A DNA stretch of 55,640 bases from an uncultured Polaromonas sp. GTDB lineage: Bacteria > Pseudomonadota > Gammaproteobacteria > Burkholderiales > Burkholderiaceae_C. The notes under the pieces were generated by a model that had not been told where the DNA came from, searched no databases, and was given only the letters and a program-made list of their open reading frames with translations. Where the stretch lies: contig CAXSGT010000002.1 in the NCBI GenBank assembly GCA_964236835.1, positions 1-55,640 on the forward strand, read 5' to 3'. The position numbers and the translations under genes were made by a program. Below are positions 42,029 to 51,111 of the stretch, piece by piece; position 1 is the first letter of the stretch, and the number at the start of each line of letters is the position of its first letter.

Positions 42029-43339
42029 TTAACGCTGCGCCATGGGTTTGACGTCACGCTGGACCGAACCGGTGAACAGCTGGCGCGGGCGGCCGATCTT
42101 GTACTCCGGGTCACCGATCATTTCATTGAGCTGCGCCATCCAGCCGACGGTGCGCGCCAGCGCGAAGATCGCGGTGAACAGCGGCACCGGAATTCCGATG
42201 GCGCGCTGCACGATGCCGGAGTAGAAATCCACATTGGGATAGAGCTTGCGTGAAACGAAATAGTCGTCCTCGAGGGCGATTTTTTCCAGCGCCATCGCCA
42301 GCTTGAACAGGGGGTCGTTTTCCAGGTGCATCTCCTGCAGCACTTCCTTGCAGGTTTCCTGCATCAGCTTGGCGCGCGGATCGTAATTTTTATAGACGCG
42401 ATGGCCGAAGCCCATCAGCTTGACGCCGGAATTCTTGTCTTTCACCTGCTTGATGAAGTCACCGATTTTCTCGACTCCGCCGTTTTTCTGGATATCGCCC
42501 AGCATGTTCAGCGCTGCCTCGTTGGCGCCGCCGTGCGCTGGCCCCCAGAGGCACGCCACACCGGCCGCAATGGCGGCGAACGGGTTTGTGCCGGACGAAC
42601 CGCACAGCCGAACCGTCGAGGTCGATGCATTTTGCTCATGGTCGGCGTGCAGGATGAAAATCCGGTCCAGCGCGCGCTCGAGCACCGGGTTGACGGTATA
42701 TTCCTCGCACGGCGTCGCAAACATCATGTGCAGGAAGTTGCCCGCATAGCTCAGGTTGTTTTTCGGGTAGATGTAAGGCTGGCCTATGGTGTATTTGTAC
42801 GCCATGGCGACCAGCGTCGGCATCTTGGCAATCAGCCGGATCGCTGAAATATCGCGATGCTCGGGATTATTGATATCGGTGCTGTCATGGTAGAACGCCG
42901 ACAACGCGCCCACCAGGCCGGTCATGATCGCCATCGGATGCGCATCGCGGCGAAAGCCGCGCAGGAAAAACTGCATCTGCTCGTTGACCATGGTGTGATT
43001 GGTCACGCGGCTGACGAAATCTTTTTTCTGCGCTGAATTGGGCAACTCGCCGTAGAGCAGCAGGTGACAGGTTTCCAGGTAATCGCAATTCGTCGCAAGT
43101 TGCTCGATCGGATAACCGCGGTAGAGCAGTTCACCTTTGTCGCCGTCGATATAGGTGATAGCCGATTGACACGCCGCAGTGGACAAGAAACCCGGATCGT
43201 AAGTAAACATGCCCGTCTGCGCATAGAGCTTGCGAATATCCACTACATCCGGCCCCAGGCTGCCTTGGTAGACCGGCAATTCGATGCCGGGGCTGCCATC
43301 GCTGAAGGACAGTGTGGCTTTGTTGTCAGCTAGCTTCAT
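42029..43339 (-). CDS. gltA: Citrate synthase (type II)
   Basis: [48 protein letters not shown]. Confidence 0.98.
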   Translation of the reverse strand: MKLADNKATLSFSDGSPGIELPVYQGSLGPDVVDIRKLYAQTGMFTYDPGFLSTAACQSAITYIDGDKGELLYRGYPIEQLATNCDYLETCHLLLYGELPNSAQKKDFVSRVTNHTMVNEQMQFFLRGFRRDAHPMAIMTGLVGALSAFYHDSTDINNPEHRDISAIRLIAKMPTLVAMAYKYTIGQPYIYPKNNLSYAGNFLHMMFATPCEEYTVNPVLERALDRIFILHADHEQNASTSTVRLCGSSGTNPFAAIAAGVACLWGPAHGGANEAALNMLGDIQKNGGVEKIGDFIKQVKDKNSGVKLMGFGHRVYKNYDPRAKLMQETCKEVLQEMHLENDPLFKLAMALEKIALEDDYFVSRKLYPNVDFYSGIVQRAIGIPVPLFTAIFALARTVGWMAQLNEMIGDPEYKIGRPRQLFTGSVQRDVKPMAQR

Positions 43340-43387
43340 TTGTTGCTTCTTTCTTTGGATATCAAACTATGGGGAGCCGCCTTGGCG

Positions 43388-43708
43388 TCAAGCAGCCGCT
43401 GCTGCCAGCGCCGGCCGCAGCAGGCTCAGCACGGCGAGGGCTTCTTTCCTCGAGGCATGGCTTCGCGCATCCGGATCGAAAAGCTGCCCCGGCTCGCTGC
43501 GCCTGAGCAGCAGGTCGAGCAGGTCGTTGTCACAAAGGCGCATCAAGTCATTCAAGCCTTGGGCCTGTCCGGCGCTGAGCGTGGACTCATGGCGAAGAAA
43601 AAATTTTTCGATCAAGAGGTCGTTTTCAAGCAGGCCGCGCCGGCAGCGCCATTTCAGCTTGCTCAAGGCCCGTTCATCGAGCGGCGCATCGGTGGGTTGA
43701 ATAAGCAC
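43388..43708 (-). CDS. sdhE: FAD assembly factor SdhE
   Basis: LKWRCRRGLLENDL; lies between sdhB and gltA; start uncertain. Confidence 0.9.
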   Translation of the reverse strand: MLIQPTDAPLDERALSKLKWRCRRGLLENDLLIEKFFLRHESTLSAGQAQGLNDLMRLCDNDLLDLLLRRSEPGQLFDPDARSHASRKEALAVLSLLRPALAAAAA

Positions 43709-43723
43709 TATTTTCCCTCTGTC

Positions 43724-44428
43724 TCAAATGGTTCGCAATACCAGCATTTCCTTGATTTTGCCGATCGCTTTCGTCGGATTCAGATTTTTCGGGCAAACAT
43801 CGACGCAGTTCATGATCGAGTAGCAGCGGAACAGTCGGTAAGGATCTTCTAGATTGTCCAGTCGCTCTTCGGTGGCCTGATCGCGGCTGTCGGCCAGGAA
43901 GCGGTAGGCCTGCAGCAGACCCGCGGGGCCGACGAACTTGTCCGGGTTCCACCAGAAGCTCGGGCATGCGGTCGAGCAGCTGGCGCACAAGATGCACTCA
44001 TAAAGGCCATTGAGCTCGTCGCGCTCCTCGGGGCTTTGCAGGCGTTCTTTTTCCGGTGGCACATTGTCATTGACGAGGTAGGGCCTGATCGAGTTGTACT
44101 GCTTGAAGAACTGGGTCATATCGACAATCAGGTCGCGCACCACGGGCAGGCCGGGCAGCGGCTTCAACACGATCGCGCCCTTGAGCGACAGCATGTTGGT
44201 CAGGCACGCCAGGCCGTTCTTGCCGTTGATGTTCATGGCGTCCGAGCCGCAGACGCCTTCGCGGCAGGAGCGCCGAAAGCTGATGCTCGGATCCAGCGCC
44301 TTGAGCTTCATCAGCGCGTCGAGCAGCATGCGTTCGCTGCCGTCGAGCTCGACCTTCAGCGTCTGCATATAGGGCTTGGCGTCGGTGTCTGGGTCGTAGC
44401 GGTAAATCTGGAAAGTACGTGTCGTCAT
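43724..44428 (-). CDS. sdhB: Succinate dehydrogenase iron-sulfur subunit
   Basis: SCREGVCGSD, CILCASCSTACP, CYSIMNCVDVCP. Confidence 0.97.
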   Translation of the reverse strand: MTTRTFQIYRYDPDTDAKPYMQTLKVELDGSERMLLDALMKLKALDPSISFRRSCREGVCGSDAMNINGKNGLACLTNMLSLKGAIVLKPLPGLPVVRDLIVDMTQFFKQYNSIRPYLVNDNVPPEKERLQSPEERDELNGLYECILCASCSTACPSFWWNPDKFVGPAGLLQAYRFLADSRDQATEERLDNLEDPYRLFRCYSIMNCVDVCPKNLNPTKAIGKIKEMLVLRTI

Positions 44429-44475
44429 AAGAGGTTCTCGTTTCTTTCGATTCAGTTCTGGCGGCAAGCCGCCGC

Positions 44476-46269
44476 TTAAAACGTGCGAGTTTTCATTGGC
44501 ACGGATTCGACCGTCAGCGGTGTCATCTGAACCGGCTTGTAGGCCAGGCGGCTGCCTTCGCTATACCAGAGCGTGTGTTTGTGCCATTCGACGTCGTTGC
44601 GGCCGTTGGGATGCTCCGGGGTATCGCCAAAATCATCGACCGAATGCGCGCCGCGGCTTTCCTTGCGGGCGGCGGCGGAAACAATAGTGGCCTGGGCGAC
44701 CTCGATCAGATTGTCCACTTCAAGCGCCTCGATGCGCGCCGTGTTGAAAATACGCGATTTGTCCTTCAAGCCGATGGCGGCAACGCGAGCGCGCAGGGCG
44801 GCGATCTTGGCCACGCCTTCGTTCATGATGGCTTGCGTGCGAAAAACGCCGGCGTGCTGCTGCATTGCCGCGCGAATGTCGTTGGCCACGTCCTGCGAAT
44901 ATTCTCCGCCAGTGGAATCGTCGAGGCGACTTATCCGGGCCAGCGATTTGTCAGCGGCGTCCGCCGGCAGCCCTTTGTGCGTGGCGGCGGCGTTATGCTG
45001 AACGATATGGTTGCCGGCGGCAATTCCGAACACTAAAAGGTCAAGCAGTGAGTTGGTGCCCAGGCGGTTCGCGCCGTGAACGCTCACGCAGGAGCATTCC
45101 CCCACCGCATACAGGCCATTGACGACCACGCTTTCGTTGTCGGCGTTTTGCGTGACGACCTGGCCGTGGATGTTGGTCGGGATGCCGCCCATCTGGTAGT
45201 GGATGGTCGGCACCACGGGAATCGCTTCCTTGGTGATATCGACATTGGCGAAGTTGTGACCGATCTCGAGCACTGACGGCAAGCGCTTGGCGATCGCATC
45301 GACGCCCAGGTGCGTCATGTCGAGCAGGATGTAGTCCTTGTTCGGGCCGCAGCCCCGGCCTTCCTTGATTTCCTGGTCCATCGAGCGCGAAACGAAGTCT
45401 CGCGGTGCCAGATCCTTGAGCGTCGGCGCATAGCGCTCCATGAAGCGCTCGCCGTCGCAGTTGCGCAAAATGGCGCCTTCGCCGCGGCAGCCTTCGGTCA
45501 GCAGCACGCCGGCGCCGGCGACACCGGTCGGGTGGAATTGCCAGAACTCCATGTCTTCGAGCGGGATACCTGCGCGTGCCGCCATGCCCAGGCCGTCGCC
45601 GGTGTTGATGAAGGCATTGGTCGAAGCGGCGAAGATGCGGCCTGCGCCGCCGGTGGCCAGCAAGGTGGTCTTGGCTTCGAAGATATGCAGGTCGCCCGTC
45701 TCCATCTCCAGCGCCGTGACGCCGACGACGTCGCCATCGGCATCGCGGATCAAGTCAAGCGCCATCCATTCGACGAAAAAACTGGTTTTTTCCTTGACGT
45801 TTTGCTGGTAGAGCGTGTGCAGCATGGCGTGACCGGTGCGGTCGGCGGCGGCGCAGGCGCGCTGCACCGGCTTTTCACCGTAATTGGCGGTATGTCCGCC
45901 AAAGGGGCGCTGATAGATCGTGCCGTCGGGATTGCGGTCGAAGGGCATGCCCATGTGTTCCAGGTCATAGACGACCTTGGGCGCTTCGCGGCACATATAT
46001 TCAATCGCATCCTGGTCGCCGAGCCAGTCGCCGCCTTTGACGGTGTCGTAGAAATGGTAGTGCCAGGTGTCTTCGGACATGTTGCCGAGCGACGCGCCAA
46101 TGCCGCCCTGCGCGGCCACCGTGTGGGAGCGGGTCGGAAACACTTTGGACAGCACAGCCACATTCAGCCCGGCCTTGGCCAGTTGCAGCGAGGCCCGCAT
46201 CCCGGAGCCGCCGGCGCCAATAATGACGACATCGAATTTACGCGTGGAAATTTGGGTCGGAACGGTCAT
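44476..46269 (-). CDS. sdhA: Succinate dehydrogenase flavoprotein subunit
   Basis: GAGGSG, RSHTVAAQGG, QFHPT, HGANRLG, ESRGAH. Confidence 0.97.
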   Translation of the reverse strand: MTVPTQISTRKFDVVIIGAGGSGMRASLQLAKAGLNVAVLSKVFPTRSHTVAAQGGIGASLGNMSEDTWHYHFYDTVKGGDWLGDQDAIEYMCREAPKVVYDLEHMGMPFDRNPDGTIYQRPFGGHTANYGEKPVQRACAAADRTGHAMLHTLYQQNVKEKTSFFVEWMALDLIRDADGDVVGVTALEMETGDLHIFEAKTTLLATGGAGRIFAASTNAFINTGDGLGMAARAGIPLEDMEFWQFHPTGVAGAGVLLTEGCRGEGAILRNCDGERFMERYAPTLKDLAPRDFVSRSMDQEIKEGRGCGPNKDYILLDMTHLGVDAIAKRLPSVLEIGHNFANVDITKEAIPVVPTIHYQMGGIPTNIHGQVVTQNADNESVVVNGLYAVGECSCVSVHGANRLGTNSLLDLLVFGIAAGNHIVQHNAAATHKGLPADAADKSLARISRLDDSTGGEYSQDVANDIRAAMQQHAGVFRTQAIMNEGVAKIAALRARVAAIGLKDKSRIFNTARIEALEVDNLIEVAQATIVSAAARKESRGAHSVDDFGDTPEHPNGRNDVEWHKHTLWYSEGSRLAYKPVQMTPLTVESVPMKTRTF

Positions 46270-46318
46270 GATTTTTTGATTCTCGAGGTCGGACGCGGGC
46301 AGATTACGGCGGCAAGGC

Positions 46319-46684
46319 TCAAAGGCGCCACAAAACCTGTATTGCCCAACCCGCGCAAGCGACCAGCCAGAAAATGGTGAACATTTGCAGGCAAAGGCGG
46401 AGCATGGGGGGCTTGATGTAATCCATGAAAATATTGCGCATGCCAACCCAGACGTGATAGAGGAGCGAAATGATGACCGCGAATGTCAATGCCCTCATCC
46501 ACTGCGGCCAGAAGATGCCGGCCCAAAGGTCATAACCCACCGGACCTTTGCTCAAAACCACACGCACCAGTATCAGCAGCGTGAAAACACCCATCAGCAC
46601 TGCGGATATGCGTTGGGCCAGCCAATCGCGAACACCATAGTGGGCGCCGACAACGATGCGCTTGTAGCCGTAGTTGACTGACAT
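46319..46684 (-). CDS. sdhD: Succinate dehydrogenase hydrophobic membrane anchor
   Basis: DWLAQRIS, HVWVGMRNIFMDY. Confidence 0.95.
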   Translation of the reverse strand: MSVNYGYKRIVVGAHYGVRDWLAQRISAVLMGVFTLLILVRVVLSKGPVGYDLWAGIFWPQWMRALTFAVIISLLYHVWVGMRNIFMDYIKPPMLRLCLQMFTIFWLVACAGWAIQVLWRL

Positions 46685-46706
46685 AGTGTGTTTCCCACTC
46701 GATTAA

Positions 46707-47153
46707 TTAATAAAGGCCGAACAGCTTGGCGCCCAATACCACCGTGACGACAACGCTGACAATCAACGTGAAAAGGGCCGAAGTCCTGCCGAACTGCTTG
46801 TTGACCGCCGCATGACTGACGTCCATCCAGACATGGCGAAGACCGGCGATGAAATGATGCAGATAGCTCCAGATAAGCGCAAGCGCAATCAGTTTCCAGA
46901 CAAAGCCCGGCAAGCCGAGCATGCCGCCGTTGAACGTGGACTTGAATTTTTCAAATGAGATTTCCGAAGAAATCGAGACATCCAGCATCCAGATGATGAA
47001 CGGCATCAACAAGAACATGACGACGCCGCTGACCCGGTGCAGGATGGAAACCCAGGCCGCGGGCGGCATCCGGTAGGTCGTCAAATCTTTGAAGGCGTTG
47101 ATGTTGCGAAATTCAGGCCTTTTGGCGCTTTGGGCGGGTGCCATTTCTGTCAT
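46707..47153 (-). CDS. sdhC: Succinate dehydrogenase cytochrome b556 subunit
   Basis: KRP, SILHRVSG, HHFIAGLRH. Confidence 0.95.
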   Translation of the reverse strand: MTEMAPAQSAKRPEFRNINAFKDLTTYRMPPAAWVSILHRVSGVVMFLLMPFIIWMLDVSISSEISFEKFKSTFNGGMLGLPGFVWKLIALALIWSYLHHFIAGLRHVWMDVSHAAVNKQFGRTSALFTLIVSVVVTVVLGAKLFGLY

Positions 47154-47279
47154 TTTTGTGCTTTCATAAATGTACTGAACACCAGTTAGCCGAACCTACG
47201 ATCAACAGTCGAATACTGGCGATTCTATTGCAATGCAGCAAAATCGTTGCGTAGCCATTACGCCAACGAAACCGGCTGA

Positions 47280-48083
47280 TTAGTTCAGCTCGTTTCTATA
47301 GTAATGCGTGTCGGTGCGGTAAAGGCCGCGACGCAATTCCATAGGCACGTCGTTATAGGTGTAGGCAATACGCTCGACGCTCAGAAGTGGCTCGCCTTGG
47401 GGAATTTCAAGCAAATCCGCCGCCCCGGCAGCAGCCGCGACGGCACGGATTTTTTCTTCGGCGCGAACCATCCGCACGCCGAACTCGGTCTCGAAAAGCG
47501 CATACATCGGGCCGCGGTAAGCAGCCAGCCTGTCGGCGGTCAAGCCCTTGAACGGGCCGCCCGGCAACCAGACGTCTTCAACAATGGTCGGCAACCCCTG
47601 GAATGCCAGCACGCGCCGCAGTTGCAGCGCCGCTTCGCCGGCGCGCAGGGCCAATGGGCGGGCGATGTCCGCCGGCGCGCGCACGCGCTTGCAATCGATA
47701 ATTCGCCGCTCCGCTGGCCCTTCGCTGTTCACGTCGCCACGGTCCGGCACGAGTCTGAGAAAACGATATTGCACGTGTTGCTCGGCATGGGTGGCTACGA
47801 AAGTGCCCTTGCCCTGGCGACGAACCAACAGATTTTCGGCCGCAAGCTCGTCGATGGCCTTGCGCACCGTACCCTGGCTGACGCGAAAGCGAGCGGCCAG
47901 ATCCATCTCGCTGGGAATTAATTCGCCAGGCTTCCATTCAGCCGACTGCAGGCTGTGCAGAAGCAAGGCTTTGATCTGCCGATAGAGCGGGCTGAAGGCC
48001 GGCGCCGAGCCAGCGACTCCGCCTGTTTGCGTCTCGGGGGCTGACGCCGCGATAGTGGATAAAGTGGATGAATTGATCGCCAT
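47280..48083 (-). CDS. GntR (HutC/UTRA) family regulator heading the sdh operon (SdhR-like)
   Basis: PLYRQIK, IPSEMDLA, VSQGTVRKA, RRQGKGTFV, UTRA C-terminal domain. Confidence 0.9.
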   Translation of the reverse strand: MAINSSTLSTIAASAPETQTGGVAGSAPAFSPLYRQIKALLLHSLQSAEWKPGELIPSEMDLAARFRVSQGTVRKAIDELAAENLLVRRQGKGTFVATHAEQHVQYRFLRLVPDRGDVNSEGPAERRIIDCKRVRAPADIARPLALRAGEAALQLRRVLAFQGLPTIVEDVWLPGGPFKGLTADRLAAYRGPMYALFETEFGVRMVRAEEKIRAVAAAAGAADLLEIPQGEPLLSVERIAYTYNDVPMELRRGLYRTDTHYYRNELN

Positions 48084-48144
48084 ACATCAGGTTGAAAGTG
48101 GCTTACGGTGCCATGGGGGCGTAACCGTTGCCTTTTGTAGAATC

Positions 48145-48167
48145 ATATCTTATATAAGATATAAGAC
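48145..48167. promoter_or_regulatory. Palindromic operator ATATCTTATATAAGATAT(AAGA), likely the site of the adjacent GntR
   Basis: Perfect 18-bp palindrome 48145-48162 between the divergent gntR and mdh genes. Confidence 0.75.
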
Positions 48168-48170
48168 TGG

Positions 48171-48200
48171 TTGACGCAGCTTAATTTTCCCGCGTAAAAT
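48171..48200 (+). promoter_or_regulatory. sigma70 promoter of mdh (TTGACG-N18-TAAAAT)
   Basis: Near-consensus -35 and -10 boxes; GGAG RBS downstream. Confidence 0.6.
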
Positions 48201-48260
48201 ACCCCTCGAATCCAGCACGCCCGTCCATCAATTTTCTTATCTTTCCTGGAGTTCTCAATC

Positions 48261-49247
48261 ATGAGCAAAAAACCTGTCCGCGTTGCCGTTACCGGTGCAG
48301 CCGGCCAAATTGGCTATGCCCTGCTGTTCCGCATCGCCTCGGGCGAAATGCTGGGCAAGGACCAGCCGGTCATTTTGCAACTGCTCGAAGTGCCGGCGGA
48401 AGGCCCGCAAAAGGCGCTCAAAGGCGTGATGATGGAACTCGACGACTGCGCGTTTCCGCTGCTGGTCGGAATGCAGGCGCACGGCGACCCGATGACGGCG
48501 TTCAAGGACGCCGATTACGCGCTGCTGGTGGGCTCGCGTCCGCGCGGCCCCGGCATGGAGCGCGCCGAGCTGCTGGCTGTCAACGGCGCCATCTTCATCG
48601 CGCAAGGCAAGGCGCTCGACGCCGTCGCCAGCCGCGATGTCAAGGTGCTGGTCGTTGGCAACCCGGCCAACACCAATGCCTACATCGCCATGAAGAGCGC
48701 GCCCGGCCTGCCGCGCAAGAACTTCACCGCGATGCTGCGACTCGACCACAACCGCGCCGCCAGCCAGATCGCCGCCAAGACCGGCAAGGCGGTTGCCGAT
48801 ATTGAAAAGCTCACGGTGTGGGGCAACCATTCGCCGACGATGTACGCCGATTACCGTTTTGCCACCATCAACGGCGAAAGCGTCGAAAAAATGATTAACG
48901 ACCAGGACTGGAACGCGAACGTGTTTCTTCCGACCGTGGGCAAACGCGGCGCCGCGATCATCGAAGCGCGCGGCCTGTCGTCGGCGGCGTCGGCGGCCAA
49001 CGCCGCCATCGACCATATGCGCGATTGGGCGCTGGGAACGAACGGCAAATGGGTCACGATGGGTATTCCGTCGGACGGCCAGTACGACATTCCGAAAGAC
49101 ACGATGTTCGGTTTTCCGGTCACCTGCGAAAACGGCGACTACAAGCTCGTCGAAGGCCTGCCCATCGACGCTTTCAGTCGGGAGCGCATCGACAAGACAC
49201 TCAAGGAGTTGCAGGACGAGCAGGCCGGCGTCGCCCATTTGCTCTGA
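48261..49247 (+). CDS. mdh: Malate dehydrogenase
   Basis: [40 protein letters not shown]. Confidence 0.98.
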   Translation: MSKKPVRVAVTGAAGQIGYALLFRIASGEMLGKDQPVILQLLEVPAEGPQKALKGVMMELDDCAFPLLVGMQAHGDPMTAFKDADYALLVGSRPRGPGMERAELLAVNGAIFIAQGKALDAVASRDVKVLVVGNPANTNAYIAMKSAPGLPRKNFTAMLRLDHNRAASQIAAKTGKAVADIEKLTVWGNHSPTMYADYRFATINGESVEKMINDQDWNANVFLPTVGKRGAAIIEARGLSSAASAANAAIDHMRDWALGTNGKWVTMGIPSDGQYDIPKDTMFGFPVTCENGDYKLVEGLPIDAFSRERIDKTLKELQDEQAGVAHLL

Positions 49248-49260
49248 AGCATAAAGTCGT

Positions 49261-49444
49261 GCGCAGCGCCGGGCCGCCCCAAGCAAGCACCGCCCCCAAG
49301 GGTGGCAGCGAACCACACACAGCGATAAGCGTAGGGGGGACACCTCAGCCCCAGCAGGGGCCGCGGAACCGGCTAAGCCGGGCCGCAGGCGCAGCGGCCC
49401 CCTCGGGGGGCAGCGAACCACACGCAGTGGGGAGCGTGGGGGCC
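49261..49444 (-). repeat. Two tandem family C repeats between mdh and the CitE-like gene
   Basis: GCCCCCAAGGGTGGCAGCGAACCACAC..AGCGTAGGGGG and GCCCCCTCGGGGGGCAGCGAACCACAC..AGCGTGGGGG; the second matches the reverse complement of 20814-20896. Confidence 0.85.
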
Positions 49445-50434
49445 ACACCACATCCCCGCGAGGTGCTTTTAGGCGCCCAGGCCGCAGCCGTCTCGCTGCC
49501 GGTTTGCGACCATTACAGCGGTGTCGAGGCGCGCATGCGCAAAAGCCTGCAATTGCAGGCGGAAATGACGGAAGAGTTCGGCGCCTGTGTTTTCGACGTG
49601 ACGCTCGATTGCGAGGACGGTGCGCCCGTTGGCGGCGAGGCCGACCATGCCGCGATGGTGGTGGCGTTGGCGACAGGCGCTTCAGCCCAAGCTCGGGTCG
49701 CCGTGCGGGTGCATCCGGTGGATCATCCTTCGTTCGAATCCGACATGGCCGTGATCGCCGGAGGGCTGTCGCATCGGCTGTCGCACATCATGGTTCCCAA
49801 GGTCGAATCGGTCCGGGATGTGATGCGGGCCGAGCAGGCGCTGCTGGCCGCTTCGGTGGCGCAGTTGCCGCTGCATGCGCTGATCGAGTCTCCGCTGGCC
49901 GTGCGCAACGCTTTCGACATCGCCGGCCATCCAAGGGTGCAGTCGCTCAGTTTCGGCTTGATGGATTTCGTCTCTGCGCATGGCGGCGCGATACCCGCCC
50001 ATGGCATGAGCGGCCAAGGCCAGTTCACCCACCCGCTGGTGCTGCGCGCCAAGCTGGAAATCGCTTCGGCGTGCCATGCTTATGGCAAGGTGCCGTCGCA
50101 TTGCGTGGTGACGGAATTCAGCGACGCCGGCGCCATGCTGACGGCCGCCCGTCGCGCCGCCGGCGAACTTGGCTATACCCGGATGTGGAGCATTCATCCG
50201 AATCAGATCCGTCCCATCCTGCAGGCCTTTGCCCCCAGCGAAGGCGACATTGACGATGCTACTAAAATAATAGCTGCCGCCGCACGCGCTGATTGGGCCC
50301 CAATCAGCTTCAATGGTCAATTGCACGACAGAGCGAGTTATCGCTATTTCTGGCAAGTGCTCGAGCGCGCGCACCGCACGGGCCGGCCGCTTCCCGCTGC
50401 TGCGCAAATTTATTTCCCGCCAGCTCTTCATTGA
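49436..50434 (+). CDS. HpcH/HpaI aldolase / citrate lyase beta (CitE-like) family protein
   Basis: LDCEDGAP, MVPKVES, LIESP, FGLMDF, MWSIHPNQI; no ATG after the repeats, candidate GTG starts at 49259, 49427 or 49436. Confidence 0.85.
   Translation: MGATPHPREVLLGAQAAAVSLPVCDHYSGVEARMRKSLQLQAEMTEEFGACVFDVTLDCEDGAPVGGEADHAAMVVALATGASAQARVAVRVHPVDHPSFESDMAVIAGGLSHRLSHIMVPKVESVRDVMRAEQALLAASVAQLPLHALIESPLAVRNAFDIAGHPRVQSLSFGLMDFVSAHGGAIPAHGMSGQGQFTHPLVLRAKLEIASACHAYGKVPSHCVVTEFSDAGAMLTAARRAAGELGYTRMWSIHPNQIRPILQAFAPSEGDIDDATKIIAAAARADWAPISFNGQLHDRASYRYFWQVLERAHRTGRPLPAAAQIYFPPALH
50258..50317 (+). repeat. Family A motif, copy 9, inside the CitE-like gene
   Basis: GCTA CTAAAATAA TAGC TGCCGCC GCACG CGCTGATTG GGC CCCAATC AGCTTCA. 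Confidence 0.7.
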
Positions 50435-50460
50435 GTCTTAATTTCGTAAAAAATCTCCCG

Positions 50461-51054
50461 ATGAAAAATATTTTCACCGTCTCCCTCGCGGCCGCGCTGG
50501 CTGCCGCCGTCTTGCTCGCCGCTCCCACGCTGTCGCAAGCCCAAACAGCGGCGAAGGACGCCAAGTCCGCGAAGCCGGCCGCAGCCAGGACCGTCGTTAA
50601 AAAGAAGCCCGAGGTCAACGCCAATCGCGTAAACCTTAAAAGCGCAGCCAAGAACGTCGCCGCCGGCGTGGAAGCCGCCGAAGCCGCATTGACGCCCGCC
50701 GAAATGGCGATTGCAGATCGGGTGCAGGTCGGTAAGGTGCCGTGCGAACTCGGCGCTTCGGTCACGCTGACCGCCGACGCAAAGAACCCCGGCTATTTCG
50801 ACTTGCATGGCAAGAATTTCAAATACCGCATGTTCCCTGTCGCCACCTTGACCGGCGCGATCCGCCTGGAGGACCAGAAGGCCGGCGCGGTGTGGCTGCA
50901 ACTGGCCAACAAATCCATGCTGATGAACCAGAAGCTGGGCATTCGGCTGGCCGATGAGTGCGCCAGTCCGGCGCAGATGGCGGTGGCTGAAAACCTGAAG
51001 CTCAATCCGCCAGTGAGCATTCTGGAAGCGCTACCGGCAAGCGCTCCAAAATAA
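50461..51054 (+). CDS. Exported hypothetical protein with a Cys pair
   Basis: Sec signal (SQA|Q), CELG...TGAIRLED...WLQLANKSMLM..RLADEC; codon usage like its neighbours. Confidence 0.8.
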   Translation: MKNIFTVSLAAALAAAVLLAAPTLSQAQTAAKDAKSAKPAAARTVVKKKPEVNANRVNLKSAAKNVAAGVEAAEAALTPAEMAIADRVQVGKVPCELGASVTLTADAKNPGYFDLHGKNFKYRMFPVATLTGAIRLEDQKAGAVWLQLANKSMLMNQKLGIRLADECASPAQMAVAENLKLNPPVSILEALPASAPK

Positions 51055-51111
51055 AGCCCCCGCTTTCAGCCGCCGCAGCAGATTCAATCATTTTCGATCC
51101 CAGGAACCACC

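Noticed and set aside
47228-47242. TTGCAATGCAGCAA (TGC-repeat, PhaR-like) upstream of sdhC
   Set aside because: Single short occurrence; cannot assign a regulator from sequence alone.
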